From a virus (Duplodnaviria > Caudoviricetes), in the IMG/VR virus record IMGVR_UViG_3300020045_010460, positions 7,800 through 71,799 of that record: a stretch of 64,000 bases of DNA; one strand, given 5' to 3'. Of this stretch, positions 10,372-21,158 are shown in pieces (position 1 is the stretch's first letter; each line of letters begins with the position of its first letter). The notes under the pieces were generated by a model that saw only the letters and a program-made list of their open reading frames with translations, was not told where the DNA came from and did not search any database. A program made the position numbers and the translations under genes.

Positions 10372-13267
10372 CAGCTTACAACAAGTTTTTGGGGAGGTTA
10401 AAAGCCCCATAGATGTTGATTTTATGGGTAAAGTGCTGATGGCTAAACAAAATTCCTTCGATTTGGGGCTTTCACAAATTGATGAGTCGTTGGCAGCAAT
10501 GAAGCAACAAGAAAACTTACTTATCAGAGAGGAAGATAAAGCAAGATTTGCTGGAAAAATACAAAATATTCTTTCTACAGTAAATGCTAGTGGAAAGTTA
10601 GACTTATCTTCAAAAAACGTAACACGAAGTATTAAGGCTCAAGTAGGAGAAGCATTGGATGATTACACGGTTTCTCAGATAAGTAACTCTCAAACTATTA
10701 GAAATGCATACGCAGAAGCCTCGGAAAAGCAAAAGAAAGGAGACCCTTTGTTCAACAATGGGAATTTTAATTACGCCGTAACAAAAGCTGGGTTTTCTGA
10801 TTACATAAAAGGATATAACGAAAAGGGAGAGAAAGTAGACAGTATTGGAAGTTATCAATATACTAATTATAGAGATTTAGAGAAAGAAGCTAGTGATTTC
10901 ATAACTACTATGGAATCAAAAGCAGGAGACGATAAGATAGAGTATTTAGATGGGCAAGGAGGAAAACAAACAGTAACTAGAAAGAATTTAAATCCAACTC
11001 AAATAAGACAAATAGCATATTCAATGCTAAGAGGAGGAGCACAAGAACAGCTTTCAATTAATGCTTGGGTAAACACAGGGGGATATAAGGATACACAACG
11101 AATATTAGGAGATACTGAAAATATTGTAAACGACAAGATTACAAAGAACGCAAATAGAATTTTAGAATTGCAAGTTGAAAATAAAAAAGAAATACCTGCA
11201 AAAAAGAAAGAACAGAATCAACTAGAATTAAAACAACTAGAACAGGAAGCAATAAACTTAAAAACTAATAAAAAAGCCCTTTTATCTAATATTCCCCTTG
11301 CTGCAACATTTTTAGAACAGGAAAATTTTGCAGATAGTATGACAAATAAATTTGGAAGTCTGTATGAAGAGTTTGTTAGTGGATATGGTATTGACGATAA
11401 TTACTATAAAAAAAATTATGAACAAAGAGCAGAAGCTAACTATCAATTAGAATTAGAAAAGTTTAAGTATACAAAAGCTAAAGATTCAGGAGAGCTCCAA
11501 GGAACTTCTTCATTCATAACGGCAGATATTGCAACTCCTACAGAAAGTTCAATAAAACAAGAGGAAGAAATTGATTCTACTATAAAAACTTTAAATGAAG
11601 ATTTAGATGCCACTTCAACAGCATATAAATCTAAATTAGAATCTATTGCTACCAATGGAACTAAATCACAAAGAGACCAAGCAAATATAATATTAAACGA
11701 ATATAAAGCAGGAATTAAAGCAGGAAAAAGCGTTCAAGAGGCATTTCAAACAGCAGTAATTAAAAAAGCGGACAATAATTCAGAAGTTGTTTTTGGAGAA
11801 GATTCCGAAGGAAATAGAATAAACTATCTAGATAAAATAAGAGATACTGCAAGTAGAAGAGACACGTACCTTTTAGGTAGAGCAGAAGCAATTAAAAGAG
11901 GGACAGCAGAGCACGTAGATAGCACTATAAATAGTAAAGAAGGGTTAAAGGCTTTTTATGATAATCCTAATACAAAGATGTTATGGTATAGTAATGGTAA
12001 ACCTATGGCAGCTTCTGTAAGAGACGTGCTAATATCTAAAAATATAATTGATAAAAATGGAAATAAAATAGGAGATATTAAAGACCATCCCGATGTTTTA
12101 AAATCTCTCCAAAGGTCTTATTATGCAAGTGACGCATTAAGAGGAGGAACTGCAAATTCAGGAACTAAGCAACAGGATTCATTAAAAATGTTAGCTGTTA
12201 GTTTAGGAGAAAATCCACAAATAGTCATTGCTAAATATGGAGGTGGAGTAGGTTCAACGTACTCTCCTGATACTACAAGATTTGTAGCTAAACAGGGCTC
12301 TAAAACAAGAGCTTTTTTAGAAAATGCACAAAATAATGAACTTCAAGATACTTTTGGATGGAGTGATAATGCTCTTAGTGGAGATGATGCTACAATAGGA
12401 AAATATTTAAACACGAGTTATAAAAAATCGCAATCCTATTTAAATTCCATAAATAAGTTATACGGTAAACTACCTCAAAGTCAGATGGTGGCTATAACAC
12501 CAACAGATAAAGCAAATTTCAATAGATTAGGAGATATTGCTACATCTATGGCATCTACAACTCCTGTAGGGGCACTAAATAGTGAAAATCCATTAAACAC
12601 AAGATTAGATTCAACAGGTAAAAATGTAATAATTTCTCAGTATGGAACAGATAAAGATAAAAATGTAGTTTCTTTTGAAGCTACTGTGCCGTATAAGAAT
12701 TTTGCTCAAAATGCACCCGCATCTTTATTAAAACAAGTAGATTTTTCTGCTAAACAGGCACATTATACTGTAGATAGAGTTAAACCTCAAGATTTAATTT
12801 CTAAAAACATATCATTTGCCACAAGTACAGAAAATGCAGAATGGCTATCACAAACAGTATTGGCAAATCAACCAGAATTTGTTCAATTCTTAACAAAAAA
12901 AGATAGTAAAAAGTTTATACTAACCCCTATAAAAAATGCTTTTGGAGATAGTAGTGAGGAGTTAAAAGTTGCCAATGCAGCTTTAGAAAATGCAAGAGAG
13001 TTTAATATAACAGGTAAAATAGAAAAAGATTTTAAGGGAGTTTATAACCTAGTATTATCTATGAGAAATACAGACGGAGATATTATAACATCTAAGAAAG
13101 TAAGTAATACTTCTGAAGTAGATAATTTTAAAAGAATTTTAGATAATGCTCCTCAAATATATTACACAGATATGTTAAGAGATATTTTTATGGAGCAATT
13201 ACAAACCAAAACTGCTACAAATACTAATGCAGAAAGCTATGCTAAATTAATAAAAAATTTACAATAA
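10358..13267 (+). CDS. Large putative virion/ejection protein (969 aa)
   Basis: Long ORF in the structural operon, overlapping neighbours; no catalytic motif recognised. Confidence 0.55.
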   Translation: MANYNSLQQVFGEVKSPIDVDFMGKVLMAKQNSFDLGLSQIDESLAAMKQQENLLIREEDKARFAGKIQNILSTVNASGKLDLSSKNVTRSIKAQVGEALDDYTVSQISNSQTIRNAYAEASEKQKKGDPLFNNGNFNYAVTKAGFSDYIKGYNEKGEKVDSIGSYQYTNYRDLEKEASDFITTMESKAGDDKIEYLDGQGGKQTVTRKNLNPTQIRQIAYSMLRGGAQEQLSINAWVNTGGYKDTQRILGDTENIVNDKITKNANRILELQVENKKEIPAKKKEQNQLELKQLEQEAINLKTNKKALLSNIPLAATFLEQENFADSMTNKFGSLYEEFVSGYGIDDNYYKKNYEQRAEANYQLELEKFKYTKAKDSGELQGTSSFITADIATPTESSIKQEEEIDSTIKTLNEDLDATSTAYKSKLESIATNGTKSQRDQANIILNEYKAGIKAGKSVQEAFQTAVIKKADNNSEVVFGEDSEGNRINYLDKIRDTASRRDTYLLGRAEAIKRGTAEHVDSTINSKEGLKAFYDNPNTKMLWYSNGKPMAASVRDVLISKNIIDKNGNKIGDIKDHPDVLKSLQRSYYASDALRGGTANSGTKQQDSLKMLAVSLGENPQIVIAKYGGGVGSTYSPDTTRFVAKQGSKTRAFLENAQNNELQDTFGWSDNALSGDDATIGKYLNTSYKKSQSYLNSINKLYGKLPQSQMVAITPTDKANFNRLGDIATSMASTTPVGALNSENPLNTRLDSTGKNVIISQYGTDKDKNVVSFEATVPYKNFAQNAPASLLKQVDFSAKQAHYTVDRVKPQDLISKNISFATSTENAEWLSQTVLANQPEFVQFLTKKDSKKFILTPIKNAFGDSSEELKVANAALENAREFNITGKIEKDFKGVYNLVLSMRNTDGDIITSKKVSNTSEVDNFKRILDNAPQIYYTDMLRDIFMEQLQTKTATNTNAESYAKLIKNLQ

Positions 13268-16200
13268 TGCCAGACCCTACTCTACAGTCTCAAATATATA
13301 ATACTCCTGTAACTGATTTCGGAATTCCATCCGAGCAAATAACTCCGTTGCAGAATATACAAAAGCAACTTCAAAATACTGCTAAAACCGAATTGCAGAT
13401 GTCGGAGTTCTACAAAGGATATTTAAATGAACAGCAGCCAAATAGTTTAGATTCATTAAAAGATGATAGAGTAAAGTTAACAAACTATACTGTTGATATT
13501 AATGAAGCGTATAATAGACTAAGTACTGGAGAGTATACTCCAATGTTTAAAGACTTTATACAAGGTACAGATAATAATGAAAGATTTGCCCAACAACAAA
13601 CAACAGGAGAAAAATGGGTCAATGGAGTAGAAAAAGCTTTGTTAAAAACAGGTAATGCAGTTTTAGGGGGTACGGCAGGAATAGTATATGGGATAGGAAA
13701 AATGGCTACGGAAGGCAGCTTATCTGCTTTATATGATAATGATTTTTCAAATACGCTTGCAGATTGGGATACAAAATTAGGATACCAGTTACCAAATTAC
13801 TACACAAAACAAGAACAAGAAAAAGGCTTTGGAGGACAAATAGGAACAGCAAATTTCTGGGCAGATAAAGTTTTAGGAGGTTTGTCATTTACAGCGGGAG
13901 CAATTATTTCAGAAGGTCTTTGGGCAGCAGCTACAGGAGGAACTTCTTTAGCAGTTGGTGCAGCAAAATGGGGAGCAAGATTAGGAAGAGGGGCAGCAGA
14001 TGTAGCAAAAATAGAAAGGTGGACTGTTGAAGCTTTAGGAGAAGCAGGAGCATTATCAGCATTAGCTAAGAACAAATCATTTTTAAAACAAGCTATTGGA
14101 ACAGCCTTTGATGCAGGGAAAATTAACGTCAGAACAGCCACTAATTTAGGACTTGCCACCGATGTATTCAATACAGCAAGATTTGCAGCAACTTCCGCAG
14201 GATTTGAAAGTTCTGTAGAAGCATTACAATACAAAAAAGAAGCAACAGCAAACTTCTATAGCACCTTTTATGATAAGAACGGAAGAGAGCCTAATGCAGA
14301 AGATATAGCAACATTCGATGAAAACTTAAGAAACAGTGCAAACGCTGTTTTTGGAGTAAATATGGCTATTGTAGGAAGCTCTAATCTTGTTACAATGGGT
14401 AAATTATTTGAACTTAAAAACCCTATTAAAACAGGACTTACAGAGTTTATAGAAGCAAAAGCTTTTGGATACGGCGTTCAAAAAACAGGGGCAGGAGCTT
14501 ATAAAGTCTTAGAAGCCACAAGAGCACAAAAAATAGGCAGAACATTATTTTCTTACAGTAAAGCTCCAATTACAGAAGGTTTATACGAGGAAGGGTTACA
14601 AGGAGTGACCACAAAAACCGCAAACAAATGGATAGACCACACTTATAGTGATAAAAATACAGCTCAAACTTTCTCAACAATAGGGGCAGTTTATGAATCT
14701 TTAGCTGAACAATACGGAACTAAAGAAGGTTGGGTAGAAAATGGTGTAGGTATGATTATTGGAGCTTTAGGAGGCTCTGTGAATACTCGTGCGGAATTAA
14801 AATCAAAACAAGTTGAACTAGAGTTTAAAGCTCAGGGACTTGAAACATTCTCATCTGAAAAAGGATTGTTACAACAAGCCTTACTACCTAAAAAAGTAAT
14901 GATGGCTAATCAAATAGCTGGATTTTCCCAAGAAGCAAAAGCAGAAGCAGAACAAGGCAATGTAGCTAAATCTCACATAGCAGGAAATGGAGTTATCCAC
15001 GCATTTTTAAATCACAAATACGCTTTAGGGGAAAGTTTTGATGAAGCCTCAAAAGATATTAAAACAGCTTTAGATACAATCACTCCAGAGCAATTTAAGA
15101 ATGCAGAAATAGAAGACCCAACAGCTTGGAAAGAAGAAAGATTGAGCGATTTCACAGATAAAGCCAAAAGTTTTAAAAAGAATAGAAAATTCTCTGAATA
15201 CATTATAGGTAAAAACCCAACAAAAGGAGAACAAGAAATAAACTCTATTTTAGGAGACACTTTCAAAGGAATGAATAGAAATGAAGCGTTAATTCAATCT
15301 ATGACGTGGATTTTGACAGAAGGAGAAACTGCGGGTAAATTTATGAATGATATTCAGGCTAAGTTGTCTGATGAAGTTGGAGCAGAACACGCTACCACTT
15401 TAAACACTATCAGTAGATTGAATAAATTGAGCGGATACAAATCAGCAGAAATTACTGATGCTACAAGAAGACACGAATTTTTATCTCAAAGAAGAGATGC
15501 ACTTCAAAAAGAGATTGCCAAAATAAATGCAGCACCAAAAGAAACAGAAGGAGACAAAACAGCAGGTAAAAAATTAGAATCTAAAAACTTAGAACTCTTA
15601 GAAATTAATGAAAGTATAGCCGAATTAGACAACACTTTAAATGGATATGCTGATGAGCTAAACAAACAGGAAAGCTATCAAAATGATATAAAAGATATAA
15701 ATTTATCTCAAGATATTTCAGGAACAACAATTACAGCACAAAATTTATTAGATTTAAATGAAAATGTAGAAAAATTCAAAAATCTAACAGAAAGTTTAAA
15801 ATCATCTAATCCTCAAAGAGGAGCTTACATAAGTGATTTGTTAGATGAATACTCTCAAGCTGAGGACATATTTTTAGCCAATCAAAGAACAGTTGATATG
15901 TTAACTAGTGGACAAATGAAGCTAGAGAAGATAAACACTTGGTTAGGCAAAAAGATGTTCAAAAATAAATCTATGGATGAAGCCTCAAGAGAGTGGCTTA
16001 CAGACGCTTTGAATAGATATGAAAAAAATGTGCTTTCGGTAGTTGGAGAGGTTACAAAAGAAGAAATCGCACCAAAAACTAAAGAGGAACTACTAGCCCG
16101 AAAAGAAGAATTAGAAGCTTTAGCAGAGGAAGATAAAACAGAAGAAACTACCACAGAACTTGCTAATATTAATGAGCAACTAAAAGAGCCTGTAGTACAG

Positions 16201-18267
16201 AACAGAGAAGTTAAACCTAATGTAGAAGAAACTACTCCAAAAACTCCCGTAGAAGATTACAAAAACCGCATAGAAAAAATGCTTGCCAAAGGCTATTACA
16301 GCCTTGAAAGAACAGGCAAAAACTATGAAGATTTAAAAGACTTAGAACCTACACAAGCTGAAATAGAAGAATATAGAAATCTAAGTGAGGGGGAAAGGTA
16401 TGATGAATTAGGTAAAAAACTATCTGACTGGAAACTCTTAGATTCAGCAGCAGACGGAGAGGGAAATTCAATTGCAGATTTAGTTAAGATTATAAAACAA
16501 TTAGAAACTCCGCAAAAAGAAGTTGATACAAAAGTAGAGTTGACAGAGGAAGAAATTACTACACAATTAAGTGATGAAATAGAAAGTAGTGGATTGAAAT
16601 ACGACCCAACTCTATTACAAAATGTTTTAGGAACAGTTACAGTTAAAAATGTTTCTGATAACAACACCTACAGATTTTCTCACGTAAAAATGAGTTATAT
16701 TGTAGAGCAGTTAGATAAAACATACACAGTTAAACGAGCAGGAAAAGTAAAAGAAGTAAAATTAGATGACTTACAACCTAATGATGTTGTATATGTTGAT
16801 GATATAGCAATTACATTCTTAGCGGGCGGGGTAATAGAAATGAAACAAGCTGATTTTCAAACTAGACAGCAAGTTTTAAATATGTACATCAGAGCCACAA
16901 AGACAGTAAGTTGGAGTTATGTAGATGTCTATTCTGTTGCAGGAGATACAGAAATTAAAATGCCATCTCAATTCACAGAAAATATTGTACCTGAAGAAAT
17001 TTACAACCAACAAGAAGGAGACACACTTACATTACACATAGAAGACGACGATAGTTTCAATGAAAGTAAGGGTGATAGTGTAGAGCAGTTAAAAATATAT
17101 GTAAAAGACAGTAAAGGAAATAACTTATCAGTATTAAAAGCAGGGAAATCTGATGGAGCATCCAACGCAGAGTTTTTAGAACTCCGACAAGTGGCTTACG
17201 ACAGATGGGTGGCAGCAAATAGACCAAAGAGTTTAGATTTAGGAATAAAAGTTGGAACAGATAACATCTTTTTTGGGGCGGCTGAATTAGTAATGAGCAA
17301 TGGGCAACCAATTAACGTTAAAATCACTCCACAAGCTATTGATAAAGTAATTGAAGCAAAAGGCTATATCCTTAACGGAGAGTTTACTTTAGACCAAGAA
17401 ATAAAAGATGTAAATAAAACTTTTGTAGGAAGGATAAGCAAAAATAACAAGGACATGAAAATTCCTGTTGTAGTGTTTAAGAAAGGGGTGCATATGGTTG
17501 CGTTTCCTATTAATATGGTAAAAACAGCAAACCCACTTACGGAAGCTTTTAACGGTATTATGAATTCAAGTAATTCTCCACAAGAAGCCGTAAACAAAAT
17601 AAACGAGGAGATTCAAAATAATTCTTTAGACATTCCTAAATTAACTTATTCTGACATAAATGACGTAGAAAAAATGAACGTTGTACAAGAGGCTTTTGAT
17701 AACAACACTTCATTCGTAACAGCAGAAACATTAGCAAGCACAAAATATAAAAAAGAAAGTTTAGCTACCGATGCTGAAATAGCAATTGATTTAGACGATT
17801 TAGACAGAGCAATATCAAGTCCAAAAATAAGAATTGATTTAGAATCTTTAAACTTAGGTAAAACCTTAGATGTTTTAGAAAACTCTGCTTTAGACTTGGC
17901 TAAAAATATAAATGATTTTGCAAATGAATTATATTCTCACATTCAAAAAGCACCTGCTGGAATTTTAGAAACAATGGAAGGCACAAAGGATATAAACACT
18001 TTTGTAAATATCATTGAAGATGAAGCTAATAAAACTCGTGAAGGAGAGATGCAATTAGAAGGTATGTTGGCTTACGACAAAGCAATTAACGCACTAGAAA
18101 AAGCTATTCCATTTATTCCAAACTTGAAAAAAGCAGCAAAAGAATACATAGGAAAATCGAGATTAGAAAAAATTAAAAGCTATGTAGAAAAATACAGAAA
18201 TTTACAGGCTCAAATTAGAGTGTCAAAAAAAGATAAAGATTCTGGCATAAATGCTGTGAAATGTTAA
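13267..18267 (+). CDS. Very large putative virion/ejection protein (1666 aa)
   Basis: Long ORF with a Gly/Ala-rich hydrophobic N-terminal third and acidic coiled-coil middle; coupled to the previous gene (TAATG). Confidence 0.55.
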   Translation: MPDPTLQSQIYNTPVTDFGIPSEQITPLQNIQKQLQNTAKTELQMSEFYKGYLNEQQPNSLDSLKDDRVKLTNYTVDINEAYNRLSTGEYTPMFKDFIQGTDNNERFAQQQTTGEKWVNGVEKALLKTGNAVLGGTAGIVYGIGKMATEGSLSALYDNDFSNTLADWDTKLGYQLPNYYTKQEQEKGFGGQIGTANFWADKVLGGLSFTAGAIISEGLWAAATGGTSLAVGAAKWGARLGRGAADVAKIERWTVEALGEAGALSALAKNKSFLKQAIGTAFDAGKINVRTATNLGLATDVFNTARFAATSAGFESSVEALQYKKEATANFYSTFYDKNGREPNAEDIATFDENLRNSANAVFGVNMAIVGSSNLVTMGKLFELKNPIKTGLTEFIEAKAFGYGVQKTGAGAYKVLEATRAQKIGRTLFSYSKAPITEGLYEEGLQGVTTKTANKWIDHTYSDKNTAQTFSTIGAVYESLAEQYGTKEGWVENGVGMIIGALGGSVNTRAELKSKQVELEFKAQGLETFSSEKGLLQQALLPKKVMMANQIAGFSQEAKAEAEQGNVAKSHIAGNGVIHAFLNHKYALGESFDEASKDIKTALDTITPEQFKNAEIEDPTAWKEERLSDFTDKAKSFKKNRKFSEYIIGKNPTKGEQEINSILGDTFKGMNRNEALIQSMTWILTEGETAGKFMNDIQAKLSDEVGAEHATTLNTISRLNKLSGYKSAEITDATRRHEFLSQRRDALQKEIAKINAAPKETEGDKTAGKKLESKNLELLEINESIAELDNTLNGYADELNKQESYQNDIKDINLSQDISGTTITAQNLLDLNENVEKFKNLTESLKSSNPQRGAYISDLLDEYSQAEDIFLANQRTVDMLTSGQMKLEKINTWLGKKMFKNKSMDEASREWLTDALNRYEKNVLSVVGEVTKEEIAPKTKEELLARKEELEALAEEDKTEETTTELANINEQLKEPVVQNREVKPNVEETTPKTPVEDYKNRIEKMLAKGYYSLERTGKNYEDLKDLEPTQAEIEEYRNLSEGERYDELGKKLSDWKLLDSAADGEGNSIADLVKIIKQLETPQKEVDTKVELTEEEITTQLSDEIESSGLKYDPTLLQNVLGTVTVKNVSDNNTYRFSHVKMSYIVEQLDKTYTVKRAGKVKEVKLDDLQPNDVVYVDDIAITFLAGGVIEMKQADFQTRQQVLNMYIRATKTVSWSYVDVYSVAGDTEIKMPSQFTENIVPEEIYNQQEGDTLTLHIEDDDSFNESKGDSVEQLKIYVKDSKGNNLSVLKAGKSDGASNAEFLELRQVAYDRWVAANRPKSLDLGIKVGTDNIFFGAAELVMSNGQPINVKITPQAIDKVIEAKGYILNGEFTLDQEIKDVNKTFVGRISKNNKDMKIPVVVFKKGVHMVAFPINMVKTANPLTEAFNGIMNSSNSPQEAVNKINEEIQNNSLDIPKLTYSDINDVEKMNVVQEAFDNNTSFVTAETLASTKYKKESLATDAEIAIDLDDLDRAISSPKIRIDLESLNLGKTLDVLENSALDLAKNINDFANELYSHIQKAPAGILETMEGTKDINTFVNIIEDEANKTREGEMQLEGMLAYDKAINALEKAIPFIPNLKKAAKEYIGKSRLEKIKSYVEKYRNLQAQIRVSKKDKDSGINAVKC

Positions 18268-18298
18268 AAATTAATTGTACATTTGTAAAAAATAATTT

Positions 18299-18736
18299 AT
18301 GAATGTACATATATTAAGTAAACTTCAATTTCAAGATGTTTTAAAAAGAATAGATGAAGTTAAAGACTGTTTCTTTATAAGTATACTTGACCCTGATGAT
18401 AAAATACCCTTGAGAGAATCTTCTGAAAACTATAAAACATTTTATTTTTACGATTTAGAGCAAGATATACAAACTTACAAAGCTTTCTCTTGTGAACAAG
18501 CAGAAGAAATGTTGAGTTTCATAGAGGCTAATAAGGATAAAAAGAAATGTATAGTGCATTGTACAGCAGGGGTAAGTAGAAGTGGAGCAGTCGGGGAATA
18601 TATACACGAATTGTATGGAGGCTCATACAAAGAACTTATAGAAAAATTTCCACATATCTCTCCAAGTGGCAGAGTCCTAATGTATTTAAGGTACGCAGAT
18701 AAAAATAATAAACGAAAAGACAATAATGAGTTGTAA
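18299..18736 (+). CDS. Protein-tyrosine/dual-specificity phosphatase-like protein (CX5R)
   Basis: P-loop HCTAGVSRS, with an upstream acidic loop (FYFYDLE). Confidence 0.8.
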   Translation: MNVHILSKLQFQDVLKRIDEVKDCFFISILDPDDKIPLRESSENYKTFYFYDLEQDIQTYKAFSCEQAEEMLSFIEANKDKKKCIVHCTAGVSRSGAVGEYIHELYGGSYKELIEKFPHISPSGRVLMYLRYADKNNKRKDNNEL

Positions 18737-21128
18737 TATCATCTATTCAAAAAATAAAAAGATAGAAAATGTAGTTGCTGATAATGGCAATGAATCACTT
18801 CTATATAAAGAAGCCTTAAAAGAGTTTGGAGAAAAACAGGCTCTAAACATTTATCTTGCCTCCAAATCAGAGGACTTTCAAGATAACATCATATTATCAC
18901 AGAATGAGCTTGATGTAAACAATGAGCCAAAGCTAAAAACAGTTTTAAACTATTTATCATTACAAAACGAAAGTAAAGAGCCTTTAACTATACAGCAAAA
19001 ACTTGACCTTAGAAATATATCTTTAGGAGTTGAGAATTTTTCTGTGCAAAAACTTTTAAATGCGTTTTATTCTGAAGGTATTTTTAATATTTCGCCGAAA
19101 AACTTAAAAAAATCAGGACTTTATAGCGACTATGAGATATCAAATTTAGCTAACGATACTAACTTACAACAAACTGTAAAACAGTCTTTAGAAGCTCTAA
19201 AAAACACTGAGGAAATAGATTTAGATACAGAGTTTGTAAATAGTTTAGAAAAAACAGATGAAGTTAATAGTTTTGGAAAATTAGTAAGTCTAAATCCATT
19301 TGTAATTCAGAAAGAAATATTGAATAAATTAGCCGCAACAAATGAAGAAGAGTTCGAAAATAATTTAGCAGACTTAGAATATCCAAATTTTCAGAAAGGT
19401 TTAAATAAAGAACAATTATTTCAAGAAATGCAAGGTTATAAAAAAGCGGAAGTATTTATGGAAGTAGATGGAGAAATAGTACAGGCTAAAAATACAAATA
19501 CAGCTATTATATTACCACTTGTAGCAAAGCAAATAAACGATGTTGAAATACTTTTAGATATCAACCAAATTCAACAATATGATTTAGAAATCCTGCAAGC
19601 TAATCAAGAAGATACAATAAAAATTCTAAAAGGAATTGAAGATAATTTAATTGAACAAGGAATTGATGTTGCAGGACTTTCGGATAGAGAAATAAATGCA
19701 GATTTGATGTCTTTTTTAAATAGTCTTGAAATATTTATAAATGAACCGACAGTAGAGAATACACAATCTTTCGCAAATGTTTATGACACTTATTTTGAAA
19801 AGGATTTATCACCAAAAACAGAAATAGTAAAAGCACAAGAAACAGACAGAGATTTTGTAAAATTAAATACAAACTTATCAGAAGAAGCTGTATATGAGCA
19901 ACAAGGACTTATTAAAGTTAAAGACGGCTTATACATTAGAACAAATAAACAAGATTTAAACACTTTATATGCAAATATTGAAACTTATAAAAAACACCCT
20001 AAAGACACAACTTTAAAAGAATATGTACAAACTCAAATAGCCACTTTAGAAGATTTTAAAAGCTCTGATAATGCTGAGGCGGTGTATTTATATAAAATGT
20101 ATTTTGACATCGAGGATTACAGATTAAAAGGTTTGGAGAAACAAGCTGTAGAGGCAAAAAATATCAATTGGTTTCTAAGGGACATTATAACAGACTTTGA
20201 TATTAGGTATATTAATAGAAAAGCAGCAAGCCCTTTAGTAGAAAATTCAACAACAAACTATATTGATAGTATTAAGCCGAACCAACCAACTGAAAGATAT
20301 ATGGTTGATTCTTGGAGGGAACGGATATCTAATGGACAAAAACCATTTGTAATAATTAGAGTTGACAATAGTATTGATGGACACCATAAGTTACAAGCAT
20401 ATAAAGAATTAGGAATTGAACAAATCCCCGTTTTGTTTGAGCAAAAACTTATAAATTTCTACAATAAAATCTTACCAAAACAAGCTACAAAAAACAACGC
20501 AAACTTCACGGGAAATTTTGAATATTTAACAACAGATTTTGTTTCTGATTTTTATATAAACATTTTAAAAGAGCGTGAAAAAAATTCTGAGATATACAAA
20601 AACTTTTACACCAATTTTGATATAAATGAAAATGGCATTTATCTTAAAAATGATGATAGTATAACAGTATCGCAAATTAAAGAATACGCCGACGAAAATC
20701 TAAAACAATACAGCATTATTTCAAAACAAATACCTTTATTAGTTGAACAAGATGTTCAGTCGGAAACTAAACAAGTAAGACGAGATGCTATTTTAAACAG
20801 TCCACAGAACATAGAAAAATATCAAGGGCAGTTTCACAAATTAAACGACAATACTCTTATTACAAAAAACGCTAATGATGAGTTTATAAAAGTCGAGGGA
20901 AACATCTTTGAAGCAATAGATTCTGATGGTAATTTAACTCTTTACAGCCGTTTAAATAACATTGTGGGAGAATATTATAATTTCAATAATGAAGCTCCCA
21001 AAACTGATATTAAAATAGAGGACTATTCTTATCTAAATACACAACCTGATAGCTTTATAAGCGAGAAAAAGTACTTATCAAAATCGGCAAAAGAAAAAAT
21101 AAATCAAGAAAACTTTGATTGTATTTAA
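18726..21128 (+). CDS. Large putative virion protein (800 aa) with an internal ParB/Srx-like domain
   Basis: KPFVIIRVDNSIDGHHKLQAYKELGIEQIPV near 20340-20430; N-terminus similar to that of the 21159 ORF. Confidence 0.55.
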   Translation: MSCNIIYSKNKKIENVVADNGNESLLYKEALKEFGEKQALNIYLASKSEDFQDNIILSQNELDVNNEPKLKTVLNYLSLQNESKEPLTIQQKLDLRNISLGVENFSVQKLLNAFYSEGIFNISPKNLKKSGLYSDYEISNLANDTNLQQTVKQSLEALKNTEEIDLDTEFVNSLEKTDEVNSFGKLVSLNPFVIQKEILNKLAATNEEEFENNLADLEYPNFQKGLNKEQLFQEMQGYKKAEVFMEVDGEIVQAKNTNTAIILPLVAKQINDVEILLDINQIQQYDLEILQANQEDTIKILKGIEDNLIEQGIDVAGLSDREINADLMSFLNSLEIFINEPTVENTQSFANVYDTYFEKDLSPKTEIVKAQETDRDFVKLNTNLSEEAVYEQQGLIKVKDGLYIRTNKQDLNTLYANIETYKKHPKDTTLKEYVQTQIATLEDFKSSDNAEAVYLYKMYFDIEDYRLKGLEKQAVEAKNINWFLRDIITDFDIRYINRKAASPLVENSTTNYIDSIKPNQPTERYMVDSWRERISNGQKPFVIIRVDNSIDGHHKLQAYKELGIEQIPVLFEQKLINFYNKILPKQATKNNANFTGNFEYLTTDFVSDFYINILKEREKNSEIYKNFYTNFDINENGIYLKNDDSITVSQIKEYADENLKQYSIISKQIPLLVEQDVQSETKQVRRDAILNSPQNIEKYQGQFHKLNDNTLITKNANDEFIKVEGNIFEAIDSDGNLTLYSRLNNIVGEYYNFNNEAPKTDIKIEDYSYLNTQPDSFISEKKYLSKSAKEKINQENFDCI

Positions 21129-21158
21129 ATTAACCTTATATTTGTAAAAAAATAAATA

